Of a DNA stretch of 64,000 bases, positions 37,691-50,815 are shown piece after piece. Source of the DNA: Mobula hypostoma. Taxonomy: Eukaryota. The notes below the pieces were generated by a model. That model ran no database searches. It was not told where the DNA came from and saw nothing but the letters and a program-made list of their open reading frames with translations. Both the position numbers and the translations under genes were made by a program. The stretch is from assembly GCF_963921235.1 (NCBI RefSeq), contig NC_086097.1, positions 2,418,001 through 2,482,000 of the forward strand, given 5' to 3'. Position 1 is the first letter of the stretch; the number at the start of each line of letters is the position of its first letter.

Positions 37691-38064
37691 GCAACACACA
37701 CAAAATGCTGGAGGAACTCAGCAAGCCAGGCAGCATCTATGGGGGAAAAAAAAAGTACAGTTGATGTCTTGGCACAAAATGTCTGTACTTTTTTCCCCAT
37801 AGATGCTGCCTGGCCTGCTGAGTTCCTCCAGCATTTTGTGTGTGTTGCTGGGACTTGCAGCATCTGCAGATTGTCAAGCAACACACATCAAAGTTGCTGG
37901 TGAACGTAGCAGGCCAGGCAGCATCTCGAGGAAGAGGTACAGTCGACGTTTCGGGCCGAGACCCTTCGTCAGGACTAACGAAGACCCAGCAACTTTTATG
38001 TGTGCTGCTTGAGATTCCAGCATCTGCAGATTTCCTTGTCCTGCAGATTGTCTCTCGTCTGTGA
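37691..38064. mobile_element. Older hairpin Penelope derivative with a younger two-ended derivative (37876-38040) nested in its tail, all inside a V-SINE
   Basis: ~65-bp arms at 37691-37760 / 37783-37848; the nested copy is flanked by the 12-bp TSD ctgcagattgtc (37864-37875, 38041-38052) and has an intact hammerhead at 37940-37977 (-). Confidence 0.85.
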
Positions 38065-38337
38065 ACCTACTAACTAGTACATCTCCAGACTGTGGGAGGA
38101 AACTGGAGCACCCACAGGAAACCGCAGCACCCAGAGGAAACCCACGAGTTCACGGGGTGGATGTACAAACTCCTTACAGTATGTGCCAAAATGGAACTCT
38201 GCCACCCCGAGCTGTAATAGTATCGCACTAACCGCTACTCTACAGTGACGTCACAAAACTTATTTAATTGACTGAATATTAATCCCCCATGGGATTCAAC
38301 CAGAGCTCCAGAACAAGTTACTGGTTTATAACAGTAA

Positions 38338-40468
38338 ACAACAGGAATTCTGCAGATGCTGGAAATTCAAGCAACACACATCAAAGTTGCTGGTGAACGC
38401 AGCAGGCCAGGCAGCATCTGTAGGAAGAGGTGCAGTCGACGTTTCAGGTCGAGACCCTTCATCAGGACTAACTGAAGGAAGAGTGAGTAAGGGATTTGAA
38501 AGTTGGAGGGGGAGGGGAATACCAGAATAGGCACGGAACATAGATTGTTCCATAAACCCAACAAAAAGGCAGGCATAGCTAGGACCCATACGGGTGCCCA
38601 TAGCTACACCTTTAGTTTGGAGGAAGCGGGAGGAGCCAAAGGAGAAATTATTAAGAGTAAGGACTAATTCCGCTAGATGGAGCAGAGTGGTGGTAGAGGG
38701 GAACTGATTAGGTCTGGAATCCAAAAAGAAGCGTAGAGCTTTGCGACCTTCCTGATGGGGGATGGAAGTATATAGGGACTGGACATTCATGGTGAAAATA
38801 AAGCGGTGGGGGCCAGGGAACTTAAAATCATCGAAAAGTTTAAGAGCGTGAGAAGTGTCACGAACATAGGTCGGAAGGGATTGAACAAGGGGTGATAAAA
38901 CAAGATAGAACAAAGGGTCCTAGCTATGCCTGCCTTTTTGTTGGGTTTGTGGAACAATCTATGTTCCGTGCCTATTCTGGTATCTGTCCCCCACTTTTCC
39001 TTCGCTACATCGACGACTGCATTGGTGCTGCTTCCTGCACGCATGCAGAACTCGTTGACTTTATTAACTTTACCTTCAACTTTCACCCTGCCCTCAAGTT
39101 TACCTGGTCCATTTCTGACACCTCCCTCCCCTTTCTAGATCTTTCTGTCTCTGTCTCTGGAGACAGCTTATCCACTGATGCCTACTATAAGCCTACTGAC
39201 TCTCACAGCTATCTGGACTATTCCTCTTCTCACCCTGTCTCTTGCAAAAACGCCATCCCCTTCTCGCAATTCCTCCGTCTCCGCCGCATCTGCTCTCAGG
39301 ATGAGGCTTTTCATTCTAGGACGAGGGGGATGTCTTCCTTTTTTAAAGAAAGGGGCTTCCCTTCCTCCACAATCAACTCTGCTCTTAAACACATCTCCCC
39401 CATTTCACGTACATCTGCTCTCACTCCATCCTCCCGCCACCCCACTAGGAATAGGGTTTCCCTGGTCCTCACCTACCACCCCACCAGCCTCCGGGTCCAA
39501 CATATTATTCTCCGTAACTTCTGCCACCTCCAACGGGATCCCACCACTAAGCACATCTTTCCCTCCCCCCCTCTCTCTGCATTCCGCAGGGATCGCTCCC
39601 TACACAACTCCCTTGTCCATTCGTCCCCCCCATCCCTCCCCACTGATCTCCCTCCTGGCACTTATCCGTGTAAGCGGAACAAGTGCTACACATGCCCTTA
39701 CACTTCCTCCCTTACCACCATTCAGGGCCCCAAACAGTCCTTCCAGGTGAGGTAACACTTCACCTGTGAGTCGACTGGGGTGATGTACTGCGTCCGGTGC
39801 TCCCGATGTGGCCTTTTATATATTGGCGAGACCCGACGCAGACTGGGAGACCGCTTTGCTGAACATCTACGCTCTGTCCGCCAGAGAAAGCAGGATCTCC
39901 CAGTGGCCACACATTTTAATTCCACATCCCATTCCCATTCTGACATGTCTATCCACGGCCTCCTCTACTGTACAGATGAAGCCACACTCAGGTTGGAGGA
40001 ACAACACCTTATATTCCGTCTGGGTAGCCTCCAACCTGATGGCATGAACATCCACTTCTCTAACTTCCGCTAAGGCCCCACCTCCCCCTCGTACCCCATC
40101 TGTTACTTATTTTTATGCACACATTCTTTCTCTCACTCTCCTTTTTCTCCCTCTGTCCCTCTGAATATACCCCTTGCCCATCCTCTGGGTTCCCCCCCTC
40201 TTGTCTTTCTTCCCGGACCTCCTGTCCCATGATCCTCTCGTATCCCCTTTTGCCTATCACCTGTCCAGCTCTCGGCTCTATCCCTCCCCCTCCTGTCTTC
40301 TCCTATCATTTTGCATCTCCCCCTCCCCCTCCTACTTTCAAATCCCTTACTCACTCTTCCTTCAGTTAGTCCTGACGAAGGATCTCGGCCTGAAACGTCG
40401 ACTGCGCCTCTTCCTACAGATGCTGCCTGGCCTGCTGCGTTCACCAGCAACTTTGATGTGTGTTGCCG
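38338..40468. mobile_element. Head-to-head Neptune-type Penelope-like insertion with an internally deleted left arm, ~15-bp TSD
   Basis: ggtttataacagtaa at 38323-38337 and 40469-40483; the minus part carries RT motifs FTMNVQSLYTSIP and QTKGVAMGTRMGP; the plus part carries RYIDD, the Cys linker, a premature TAA (39753-39755), GIY-YIG, and hammerheads lie at 38433-38470 (-) and 40367-40404 (+). Confidence 0.93.
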
Positions 40469-40827
40469 GGTTTATAACAGTAACAGTTTCACCACTTTGT
40501 TACAAGACTCCTCGCACAGCACTACTTAAATAAAGTCTGTGAATTTGAAAAAAAAATGCCTTTGCATTGCCCAAACATAAATACACTACAAAATGTTTGC
40601 CACATGAAAGATTATTCAGCCTGCCAAATTCATACCAGCTCTCTAATAATACAGACGCCATTACTCTCCGGTCTCCCACCTACCCCATTCCTGCACAACC
40701 CCCAACTCTAGCCCAATAATCATGCAAGTTCTTTGCTTTCAGACACTTATACAGTTCACTTGCAAAGTAAAATTTAATCTGCCTCCATTAATACACTTCA
40801 GATGCCAAACAACTAAAAATTACTCAA

Positions 40828-40889
40828 GCAACACACTTCAAAGTTGCTTGAATTTCCAGCATCTGCAGAATTCCTGTTGTTTGCGTTTT
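40828..40889. mobile_element. 62-bp minimal two-ended Penelope insertion with 14-bp TSD
   Basis: taaaaattactcaa at 40814-40827 and 40890-40903; the two arms join at a shared gttgct. Confidence 0.8.
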
Positions 40890-41617
40890 TAAAAATTACT
40901 CAAATCAACTTTGGCTCGTTTGCCAATCACCTTCACCAGAATCTCTTACACATTGTTTTGCAGTAGTACAGTGCAAGGGAACAAGTTATAATAAATAGAG
41001 GAAGAGGAATGAGGTAGTGTTCATTGTTCATTCAGAAATCTGATGGCAAAGGAGAAGGAATTGTTCCTCAAACATTAAGAGTGTCTTCAGGCTCCTGTAT
41101 GGTAAAGGGGCCAGTCTCCGATTCTGAAGATCCATAATGACAGTACCAGCTTTTCTGCTGTTTCAAGACGTCCTCACTGGTGGGGTGTGTTGTGATGGAA
41201 CTGGCTGAATCAGCAATCTTCTGCAGCCACTTGCAATGCTGTGCACTGGAGACCCCACGCCAGACAGCGATGCAGCCAGTCAGAATGCTCTCCACTGTAC
41301 ATACATAGAATTCTGCAAGAGTCTCTGGTGGCACAAACTCCGAATGAAGTAGATTCATGGCATGCCTTCTGTGATTACATCTACATGTTGGGCCCAGGAT
41401 TAAACCTCCAAGATGTTGATGACCAGGAATCTTTCACCCCTTCCACTGTTAACACTCAATGAGGACGAGTAGATATTTTCCTGACTTCCCCCTCCTGAAG
41501 TCCACAATCAATTCCTTGGTCCTTTTACAATACCACTTAACCAGCTGCTCTATTCCGCTCTTGTACACCTCCTCACCACCATCTGAAATTCTACCAACAA
41601 TAGCATGATCAGCATAT

Positions 41618-44600
41618 TAACGCGTGGCTGAGAGACTGGTATAGGGGACAGGGCTTCGGGTTCCTGGATCATTGGGGAATCTTCTGGTGGGGGGAGGTAT
41701 GACCTGGACAAAAAGGACAAGTTACCCCTGAACCCAAAGGGGTCCAATATCCTAGCAGGCAGGTTTAACAGAGCTGTTAGGGAGAGTTTAAATAAATTTG
41801 GTCAGGGGATGGGAACCAGAGTGATGAGGCTGAGGAAGGGGGAAAACAGAAATAAATCAAGAATAACGTGCAAGAGATGATAGAAAGGATAGGCAAGAGA
41901 TGAGGCATAATCACAGCCAGTGGGATGAGTTACAGGGCAATAGAGGCATGGTGCAGTTAAAACAGAAAGCAACAAATACTGGACTGAAAAAGTGTTATAT
42001 TTGAACGCACACAGCATAAGAAATAAAATTGACGATCTTGAAATTCAGCTACAGATTAGCAAGTATGATGTTGTGGCCATCTCTGAAACTTGGCGAAAGG
42101 ATGGCTGTCATTGGGAGTTGAATGTCCAAGGAGTATCAGAAAGACAGGGGTGTGGTGTGGCCCTGTGTAGAAATAATATTAAATCGTTGGAAAGGGATAA
42201 CATAGGATCGGAAGGTGTAGAGTCTCTACAGGTTGTGTTAAGAAATGGCAAGGGTAAAAGGAACCTAATGGCAGTTGTATACAGGCCTCCAAACAGCAGC
42301 CAGGATGTATATTACAGCAGGAGATAGAAAAGGCGTGTCAGAAGGGCAATGGCATGATAATTGTTGGGGATTTTAACAGGAAAGTGTTTTGGGAAAACCA
42401 GACCAGTACTTGACCTCAAGAGAGAGAATTTGTAGAATGTCTAAGGGATGGCTTTTTAGAACAGCTTGTTGTTGAGCCCACCAGGGGATCGTCTGTGCTG
42501 GATTGGGAGTTTTGCAATGATTTGGAGGTGATAAGAGAGCTTAAGATTCCTCAGGGAACACTGATCACAATATGATCGATTTTACTTTGGAATTTAGTTT
42601 CTCCTTCTCAAGTTCCAATGTGTTGATATTTCAGTGGAATAACGGAAATTACAACAGCATGAGAAGGGAACTGGCCAAGGATGAGTATAAAGGGACACTA
42701 GAGCAGCAATGGCTGGAGTTTCTGCAAAAAATGAGGGAAGTGCAAGACAGATATATTCCAAATAAGAAGCAATTTTCAAATGGAAGAAGGACACTACCAT
42801 GGCTGACAAGTGAAGTCACAGCCAAAGTAAAAGCAAAAGAAAGGGCATTCAAGGAAGCCAAAACTAGTGGGAAGATAGAGGATTGGGAAGCTTTTAAAAA
42901 CTTGCACAAGGAAACTAAGAAGGTCATTTGGAAGGAAAAGACGAATTATGAAATGAAGCTGGTGACTAACATCAAAGAAGATACTGAAGCTTTTTTTGAA
43001 GTTTATAAAGAGTAAAAAAGTTAAGGGTAGATATAGGACCAATAGAAAATGACGCTGGAGATATTGTAATGAGAAACACAGAGATGGCAGAGGAACTGAA
43101 TGCGTATTTTGCATCAGTCTTCACAGTGGAAGCCATCTGCAGTATACCGGACATTCAAGAGTGTCAGGGAAATGAAGTATGTGCAGTGAAAATTACGACT
43201 GAGAAGATGCTGAGGAAGCTTAATGGTCTGAGGATGGATAAATCTCCTGGACCTGATGAAATGAACCCTGAGGTTCTGAAGGAAGTAGCTGGAGAGATTG
43301 TGGAGGCACTAGCAATGATCTTTCAAGAATTGCTAAGATTCTGGCATTGTACTGGATGACTGGAAAATTGTAAATGTTACTCCACTATTTAAGAAGGGTG
43401 GGAGGCAGCAGAAAGGAAACTATAATCTTGTTAGCCTGACATCAGTGGTTGGGAAATTGTTGGAATCGATTGTTAGGGCTGAGATTACGGAATACCTGGA
43501 GGCAAATGAGAAGGTAGGCCAAAGCTAGCATGGTTTCCTGAAAGGAAAATCCTGCCTGACTAACCTACTGCAATTTTTTGAGAAAATTACAAGCAGGGTA
43601 GACAAAGGAGATGCAGTAGACGTGGTGTACTTGGGATTTTCAGAAGGCCTTTGACAAGGTGCCGCACATGAGCCTGCTTAGCAAGATAAGAGCCCATGGA
43701 ATTACAGGGGAGTTACTAGCATGGGTGGAGCATTGGCTGATTGGCAGAAAACAGAGAGTGGGAATAAAGGGATCCTATTCTGGTTACCAGTGGAGTTCCA
43801 CAGGGTCGATGTTGGACCGCTACTTCTTACGATGTATGTCAATGATTTGGACAATGGGATTAGTGGATTTGTGGCTAAATTTGCTGATGATACAAAGATA
43901 GGTGGAGGAGCAGGTAGTGTTGAGGAAATAGAGAGCGTGCAGAGAGACTTAGATAGTTTAGGGGAATGGGTAAAGAAGTGGCAAATGAAATGCAATGTTG
44001 CAAAGTGTATAGTCATACACTTGGTGGAAGAAGTAAACAGGCAGACTATTATTTAGATGAGGAGAGAATTCAAAATGCAGAGATGCAAAGAGACTTGGGA
44101 GTCCTTGTGCAGGATACCCTAAAGGTTAACCTCCAGGTTGAGTTGGTGGCGAAGGCGGCAAATGCAATGTTGGGATTCATTTCTAGAGGTATAGAATATA
44201 AGAGCAGGGATGTGATGTTGAGGCTCTATAAGGCACTCGTGAGACCACACTTGGAGTATTGTGTGCAGCTTTGGGCTCCTTATTTTAGAAAGGATATACT
44301 GACATTGGAGAGGGTTCAGAGAAGATTCATGAGTATGTCTCCAGAAATGAAAGGGTTACCGTATGAATAACATCTCAGCTCTTGGGCTGTATTCCATAAG
44401 ACCATAAGACAAAGGAGCAGAAGTAGGCCATTCGGCCCATCGAGTCTGCTCCGCCATTTTATTATGAGCTGATCCATTTTATCCTATTTAGTCCCACAGC
44501 CCTGCCTTCTCACCATAACCTTTGATGCCCTGGCTGCTCAGATACTTATCAATCTCTGCCTTAAATACGCCCAATGACTTGGCCTCCACTGCTGCCCGTG

Positions 44601-45612
44601 GCAACAAATTCCATAGATTCACCACCCTCTGACTAAAAAAATTTTTTCGCATTTCTGTTCTGAAAGGGCGCCCTTCAATCCTGAAGTCATGCCCTCTCGT
44701 ACTAGACTCCCCCATCATGGGAAACAACTTTGCCACATCCACTCTGTCCATGCCTTTTAACATTCGAAATGTTTCTATGAGGTCTCCCCTCATTCTTCTA
44801 AACTCCAAGGAATACAGTCCAAGAGCGGACAAACGTTCCTCATATGTTAACCCTCTCATTCCCCGAATCATTCTAGTGAATCTTCTCTGTACCCTCTCCA
44901 ACGTCAGCACATCCTTTCTTAAATAAGGAGACCAAAACTGCCCACAGTACTCCAAGTGAGGTCTCACCAGCACCTTATACAGCCTCAACATCACATCCCT
45001 GCTCCTATACTCTATTCCTCTAGAAATGAATGCCAACATCACATTCACTTCTTCACCACCGACTCAACCTGGAGGTTAACCTTAAGGGAATCCTGTACGA
45101 GGACTCCCAAGTCCCGTTGCATCTCAGAACTTTGAATTCTTTCCCCATTTAAATAATAGTCTGCCCGTTTATTTTTTCTGCCAAGTTTAAGAATTCCCTG
45201 GAGTTCAAGAGAATTGGCGGGGCGGGGGGGGGGGGTGAAATCTCATAGAAACATTCCAAATGTTAAATTGCCTGAACAGATTAGATATGGCAAAGTTATT
45301 TCCCATGGTAGGGGAGCCTAGGACAAGAGGGCATGACTTCAGGATTGAAGGACATCCATTTGGAACAGAGATGCTTTAGTCCGAGGGTGGTAACTCTGTG
45401 GAATTTGTTGCCATGAGTGACTGTGGAGGCCAAGTCATTGGGTGTATTTAAGGCAGAGATAGATATGTTCTTGATTAGCCAGGGCATCAAAGGGTATGGG
45501 GTGAAGGCAGGGGAGTGGGGATGACTGGAAGAATTGGATCAGCCCACAATTGAATAGTGGAGCAGACTCGATAGGCCGAATGGCCTACTTCTGCTCCTAT
45601 ATCTCATGGTCT
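41618..45612 (+). mobile_element. Degenerate CR1 LINE (ORF1 end, APE, RT, 3'UTR) containing a nested antisense CR1
   Basis: LYLNAHSIRNK, YDVVAISETW, KSPGPD, KFADDTKIGG and VRPHLEYC occur in order; tail atctcatggtct. Confidence 0.93.
44394..45184 (-). mobile_element. Young 5'-truncated CR1 nested in an older CR1
   Basis: Uninterrupted ORF 44488-45048; (tcttatgg)n tail; attcc duplicated on both sides (44391-44395, 45193-45197). Confidence 0.92.
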
Positions 45613-46569
45613 AATATTGGTGTCATCAGCAAATTTATAGATGGTATTTGAGTTGTGGTTAGCCACAGAATATTGGGTGAAGATAGAGTAGAGCAGTGGG
45701 CTAGGCCCATGTTTTTGAGGTGTGCTGGTGCTGACGGTCAGTAAGGAGAGATGTTATTAACTACCTGCTCTGATGGTGATCTCCCAATAAGCAAGTCAAG
45801 GATCCAATTGTGGAGGATGATATAGATGCTGGGTTTTGAAGCTTTCACTAATAGTGAAGGGATGATGCCATTGAATTCTGACTTGCAATCAATTAACAGC
45901 ATCTGGTATGTGTCTCGGTACTCCAAAAACAAGGACAGCCAGTGAAATTGTGTCTGCTGCAGACCCACAATGACCAAAGCTCTTCCTCAAATTCTCTGAA
46001 TGTATCACCAATGGAAAATTTTTCTTCATCTACTCTGTCTATACCTATCATTTTAAACCCTTTTATTTGACCTCTTCACAATCTCTTCTGTTCCAAGACA
46101 GCAAAATAACAAAACTGCAGCTTTGGTCAACTGCAACCAAATGGCAAAAGCTAAAATGTTCATAAAATCTCATCTCCATATTCACGCTTAGGATTCCAGG
46201 CATGTATCTGTAACACCAAGGATATTCTGTTCAGCATGAGCAAACGTTTCAGTCAACTGAGGAAAAAAAATCCTCTGCTAATAAATGCAACATAATCCAA
46301 CATGTCCCGTTACTTCAATTTAAAAATGCTTTGTCAAATATCTTGTGAAAAAATTTAGGGACAATTCTGTTCAATAACAATTAAGTGACATCCAGCTGAC
46401 AATGGCTAATTGCTCTCAGCTATGATTTCACCCTGCACTTCACCCACAGGATAAACCTTGCCTAATCTGCACAAGACACTGAAAACTGCTTTCAACTAAA
46501 TGTTTTTTCTTTCAGTATCCCATGATAGAATTAGGCACCAATGTGCCCAATCCTGCCTATCCAAAATTA

Positions 46570-46697
46570 CCCCTTCCTCTCCAGTCCTGAAGAAGGTTCT
46601 TGGCCCGAAACATCAACTGTTGATTCATTCCCATAGATGCTGCCTGACCTGCTGAGTTCCTCCAGCATTGTGTGTGTGTTGCTCTGGATTTCCAGCA
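46570..46697 (+). mobile_element. Old Penelope 3'-terminal fragment
   Basis: cagtcctgaagaagg...gcccgaaacatcaactg...gatgctgcctgacctgctgagttcctccagc. Confidence 0.7.
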
Positions 46698-47309
46698 ATT
46701 TTTTATGACCTCCTGCCCTACCTATCTGTCATTGAACTAACTTTTAAGTACTGTTTCACTTGGCAGATAGCATCAAGCTATCCATTCCATGAAGAATCCA
46801 AGGTCAATGCTGGATTAACTTGCTTCAGCATTGTAAATGCTGTTGGCCTCAGGATAAAGAACCAAAGTAAATGGCATGGGCTCCTGATCTTTGCAAACAC
46901 ACTTGTACACACAGAAGATGAACAAAAAGTGCCAGCTACCGCAGCTCTCAGGAAAAGAGCCATGGCCATCAGAGTTGGAAAGTCATGAACACAAATACTC
47001 TGAAGGCTGCTGGGCCAGCAAAAATCACAGAGACAAAGGGTCTAAAGGCAGGAGGTGAAGCAGGAGCACCAGGTAAGATTTTTTTCCGAAACCATTACCA
47101 GACTGTAAAGTTGCCCGTCATTGGATGGGACTTGGGCATTTAGTGTGGGCAGCAGGGTGATGACAGAGGACCTACAAGCAAGAGCTACTGAACAGTGCTT
47201 GGCCCAAGCACCAACACGCATAATAATCTGGAGTGGTTGGACCATCCATTCTCCTCAATATCCACTTGAAGAAATATGCTTTGAAATGGTGCTCTTGGTG
47301 TAATATATA

Positions 47310-48302
47310 CACTCAGTGGCTATTTTATTAGGTACACTTGCTTGTTAATGCAAATATCTAATCAGCCAATCATGTGGCAGCAACTCAATGCATAAAAACA
47401 AAGACATGATTAAGAGGTTCCGTTACTGTTCAGTCCAAACACCAGCATGGGGAAGAAATGTGATCTAAGTGACTTTGACTGTGGAATGACCATTGGTACC
47501 AGATGGGGTGGTTTGAGTATCTCAGAAACTAGTTATAGTCAAAGTCATACTTTATCGATCCCGGGGGAAATTGGTTTTCGTTACAGTCGCAACATAAATA
47601 ATTAATCAGTAATAAAACCATAAATAGTTAAATAGTAGTATGTAAATTATGCCAGTAAATTATGAAATAAGTCCAGGACCAGCCTATTGGCTCAGGGTGT
47701 CTGACCCTCCAAGGGAGGAGTTGTAAAGTTTGATGGCCACAGGCAGGAATGACTTCCTATGACGCTCTGTGTTGCATCTCAGTGGAATGAGTCTCTGGCT
47801 GAATGTACTCCTGTGCCCACCCAGTACATTATGTAGTGGATGGGAGACATTGTCCAAGATGGCATGCAACTTGGACAGCATCTTCTTTTCAGACACCACC
47901 GTCAGAGAGTCCAGTTCCATCCCCACAACATCACTGGCCTTATGGATGAGTTTGTTGATTCTGTTGGTGTCTGCTACCCTCAGCCTGCTGCCCCAGCACA
48001 CAACAGCAAACTGCTGATCTCCTGGGATTTTCACACACAACCCTCCATGGAGTCTACAGAGAAAGATGCCAAAAAATGGAAAAACATCCAATGAGCGGCA
48101 GGTCAAACGCCTTGTTAATGTGGGGTCAGAGGAGAATGGTCAGACTGGTTCAAGCAGACAGGAAAGTGAGAGTAACTCAGATAATCACGCATTACAGCAG
48201 AAGAGCATTGAACATTGAAGTGGATGGCCTACAGCAGCAGAAACTAAACATGTACCCAGTGGCCGCTTTATTCAGCACAAATGGCAATGTGGCCACTGAG
48301 TA
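47310..48302 (+). mobile_element. Non-autonomous Tc1-like element interrupted by a LINE
   Basis: ta|cactcagtggc ... gccactgagt ends; the transposase N-terminal remnant continues across the insertion at aaact. Confidence 0.75.
47531..48010 (-). mobile_element. 5'-truncated Rex1-type LINE
   Basis: AVVCWGS...NKLIHKASDVVG...ILDNVSHPLH...KSFLPVAIKLYN; (tgacta)-like tail. Confidence 0.8.
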
Positions 48303-49023
48303 CACATAGTGACTATGTTCAGCTCAAATAATGTAAACATTTTGCAGTGCATTCATCATTCTTTGTGCTAATCGGTCTGCAGCACAAACTAAAACAAACT
48401 GGTGTTCGGAGAAATAGCTCTGGGAGAATGACCCAAACTCTAACAGGTAGCACACAACTTTATATATTATGGAGATACGAGAGACTGTATTTATTTTATA
48501 TTCTGGCAAGATCTTGGTTAAACCAAACTTAGGTTACAGAATCCTTCATACGGTGGATATGAAAAGGATTTGGAAAAGGGTATCAGTAATAACTCCCAGT
48601 TTCATCAGCCTTAGTTACTCAAATAACCTGCTTCTCACTTTAATAATGAAGAGAGCTGGCAATTTGATAGCAGAGTAGCTTCTGCTCTTCCCATCGTATA
48701 TTCAAGTCCTGATATGCCTATCAACATTTAAGAGAAGTACATGGATAGGAGGGGTATGGGCCATGTGTGGGTCGATGGGACTAGACAGAATAACCGTTTG
48801 GCACTCAGTAGGTGGGCCGAAAGGCCTGTTTGTGCTGTTGTGCTCTAAACAGAAACACAAGATTATTGAAAAGACAGAAAAATATCCTATAATTTTACTT
48901 TAAGTTGAAATGTGGGACAGATCAAGGAGAACAAGCAAGTAGCAGACTATGTCGAGAGTTAACAGTGTGTCGGACTTCTGTACAGAGCAGGAGACAAAAA
49001 TCATGGGAAGTGTCAGAACAAAG

Positions 49024-49362
49024 TCATCATCATTATGTGCCGTGTCGTAAGGCATGATTGTTCTTGACAAACTTTTCCACAGAAGCGGTTTGCCATTGCC
49101 ACCTTCTGGGCAGTGTCTTTACGTGACAGGTGACCCCTGCCATTATCAATACTCTTCAGATATTGTCAGTGGTTGCATAACCAGGACTTGTGATCTGCAC
49201 CAGCTGCTGATACGACCATCCACCACCTGTTCCACCGGCTTCACTTGACCCTGATCGGGGGGTGCTAAGCAGGTGCTACACCCTTCCCAACAATGACCTG
49301 CAGACTGGCGGAGGGAAGGAGCACTTCACACCTCCTTTGGGAGAGGCCCATCTCCATCGCAC
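49024..49362 (-). repeat. SINE-like repeat with a (TGA)n tail and an RTE/Bov-B-type motif
   Basis: tcatcatcat end and an agaagcggtttgccattgcc motif; family not determined. Confidence 0.4.
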
Positions 49363-50815
49363 TACACTGAAAACAAAGTCCATTTGCAATAAACAACTAA
49401 ACACCAAATGGCCTTCTTTATCCATTATTATCTGTGTTTGGGACCAGGAAATTAGAAATAACATCTCGGAAATGAATTTAATCCTAAAAAATAACTCAAA
49501 GAGAAAGATCTTGAGGCACTGAGCTGAAATTTCACTGAATTATCTGTTAACTGCTGATCATTATCATTCATTCCACACCAGGAATATCCAGTCATCTGCT
49601 TGTTATTATTAGAATGCATGAAGCAACTCAGCCACTGATTATACAGGTGCCTGATGTGACAGTCTTACAGCAATCCTAAAGACAAATCACTTTCAGAAAT
49701 GAGAGTAATTTTTATTGGGTACCACCATAAACCTTCAGAACGAAGCTTCTGCATAGGCTCGCAAACCTTTTTCTGCCATGGAGCTGTAATAATAACCAAG
49801 GGGTCCATGGAACCCCAGGGTGGGCAATCCTGAATGGTGTTGAATTATACAAACGTCATGAGTTTTTTGTCTACAGGAACTATTACTTTGTCGCAAACCA
49901 TCCTGTAAATCAGCATTCCTTAGTGTTTGGTAAACACCCAGGCACAAGTTACACTCACACCTCCAACCTAATGTGCTCCCTCAACAGGATATGAACCTTT
50001 TGACATCAAAATGTAGAAACATGGGACAAGACTTGGGTAGTTAGCTTGTGAGCTTATTTCACTTCCGTTCCTCTATCAGTCCTGATCCCAGTAATCATGG
50101 TGATAGCTTTAAATTTACATTTGGCTATCAAAATGTTAATACCGTAACAGACTTAGCATCAATTGCAAATGTACATACAGAATTCCTGCTGTGAAAAAGT
50201 CACACACACCTGTTAACTCTAAGCATAGTCTGTCACTTGCTTGAACTCCTCGATCTGACTTTCACTTCAACTTGAAGTTAGGATATTGTTCTGCCCCTTT
50301 GATCCCTGCCTGTTTTTAAGGAGTTTGCATGTTCTTCACGTGCTCACGTGGGATTCCTTCAGGCACTCCAGTTTCCTCCCACAGACCAAAGACATTCCAG
50401 TTAGTAGCAGTTAGCTATGTGCACATGGTATGTTGGTGACAGAAGTGTGACAGCTCAAGGACGACCCCCAGCACTTCCTCAGCCAGTGTTGGTCATTGAT
50501 ATAAAATAACACACTTTACTACGTTTCAATGTACATGAGACAAATAAAGCCCATTTATAATCTTTGTAAGTAACATGAGTTTCACACTTAATTTTTAGAC
50601 CAAGCTCCGCAGTTCTCGAAATCCAAGCTGAATAATTTCAATCCACATGATCAGATCCCGACAATACAGATGCAGGTGGGGCTTGTCAGCCGTGGGTGGC
50701 AGCTCATCTAGGAGAAGGAAATTACTGATTTCAAACCTCTGCTGCCTTGCGGCTGTAACCACTCAAGCGGAAGGTTTTGGGAGTAAACCCAAAAGGGAAA
50801 ATCTGGAGTTGGAGT

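Larger units (their letters stand above)
40950..45975 (-). mobile_element. Old Rex1/Babar-type LINE split by a nested CR1 (pieces ~40950-41617 and ~45615-45975)
   Basis: FYVCTVESILTGCIAVW in the left piece; the RT region (aaatttgctgatgacacc on minus) continues in the right piece. Confidence 0.7.

Noticed and set aside
39753..39755. Programmed readthrough or selenocysteine codon between RT and GIY-YIG
   Set aside because: The codon is TAA, and the other copies have sense codons (CAT, CGA) there.
49662..49690. 7-nt minus-strand microexon (tttag|GATTGCT|gtaaga)
   Set aside because: Too short and weak to support from sequence alone.
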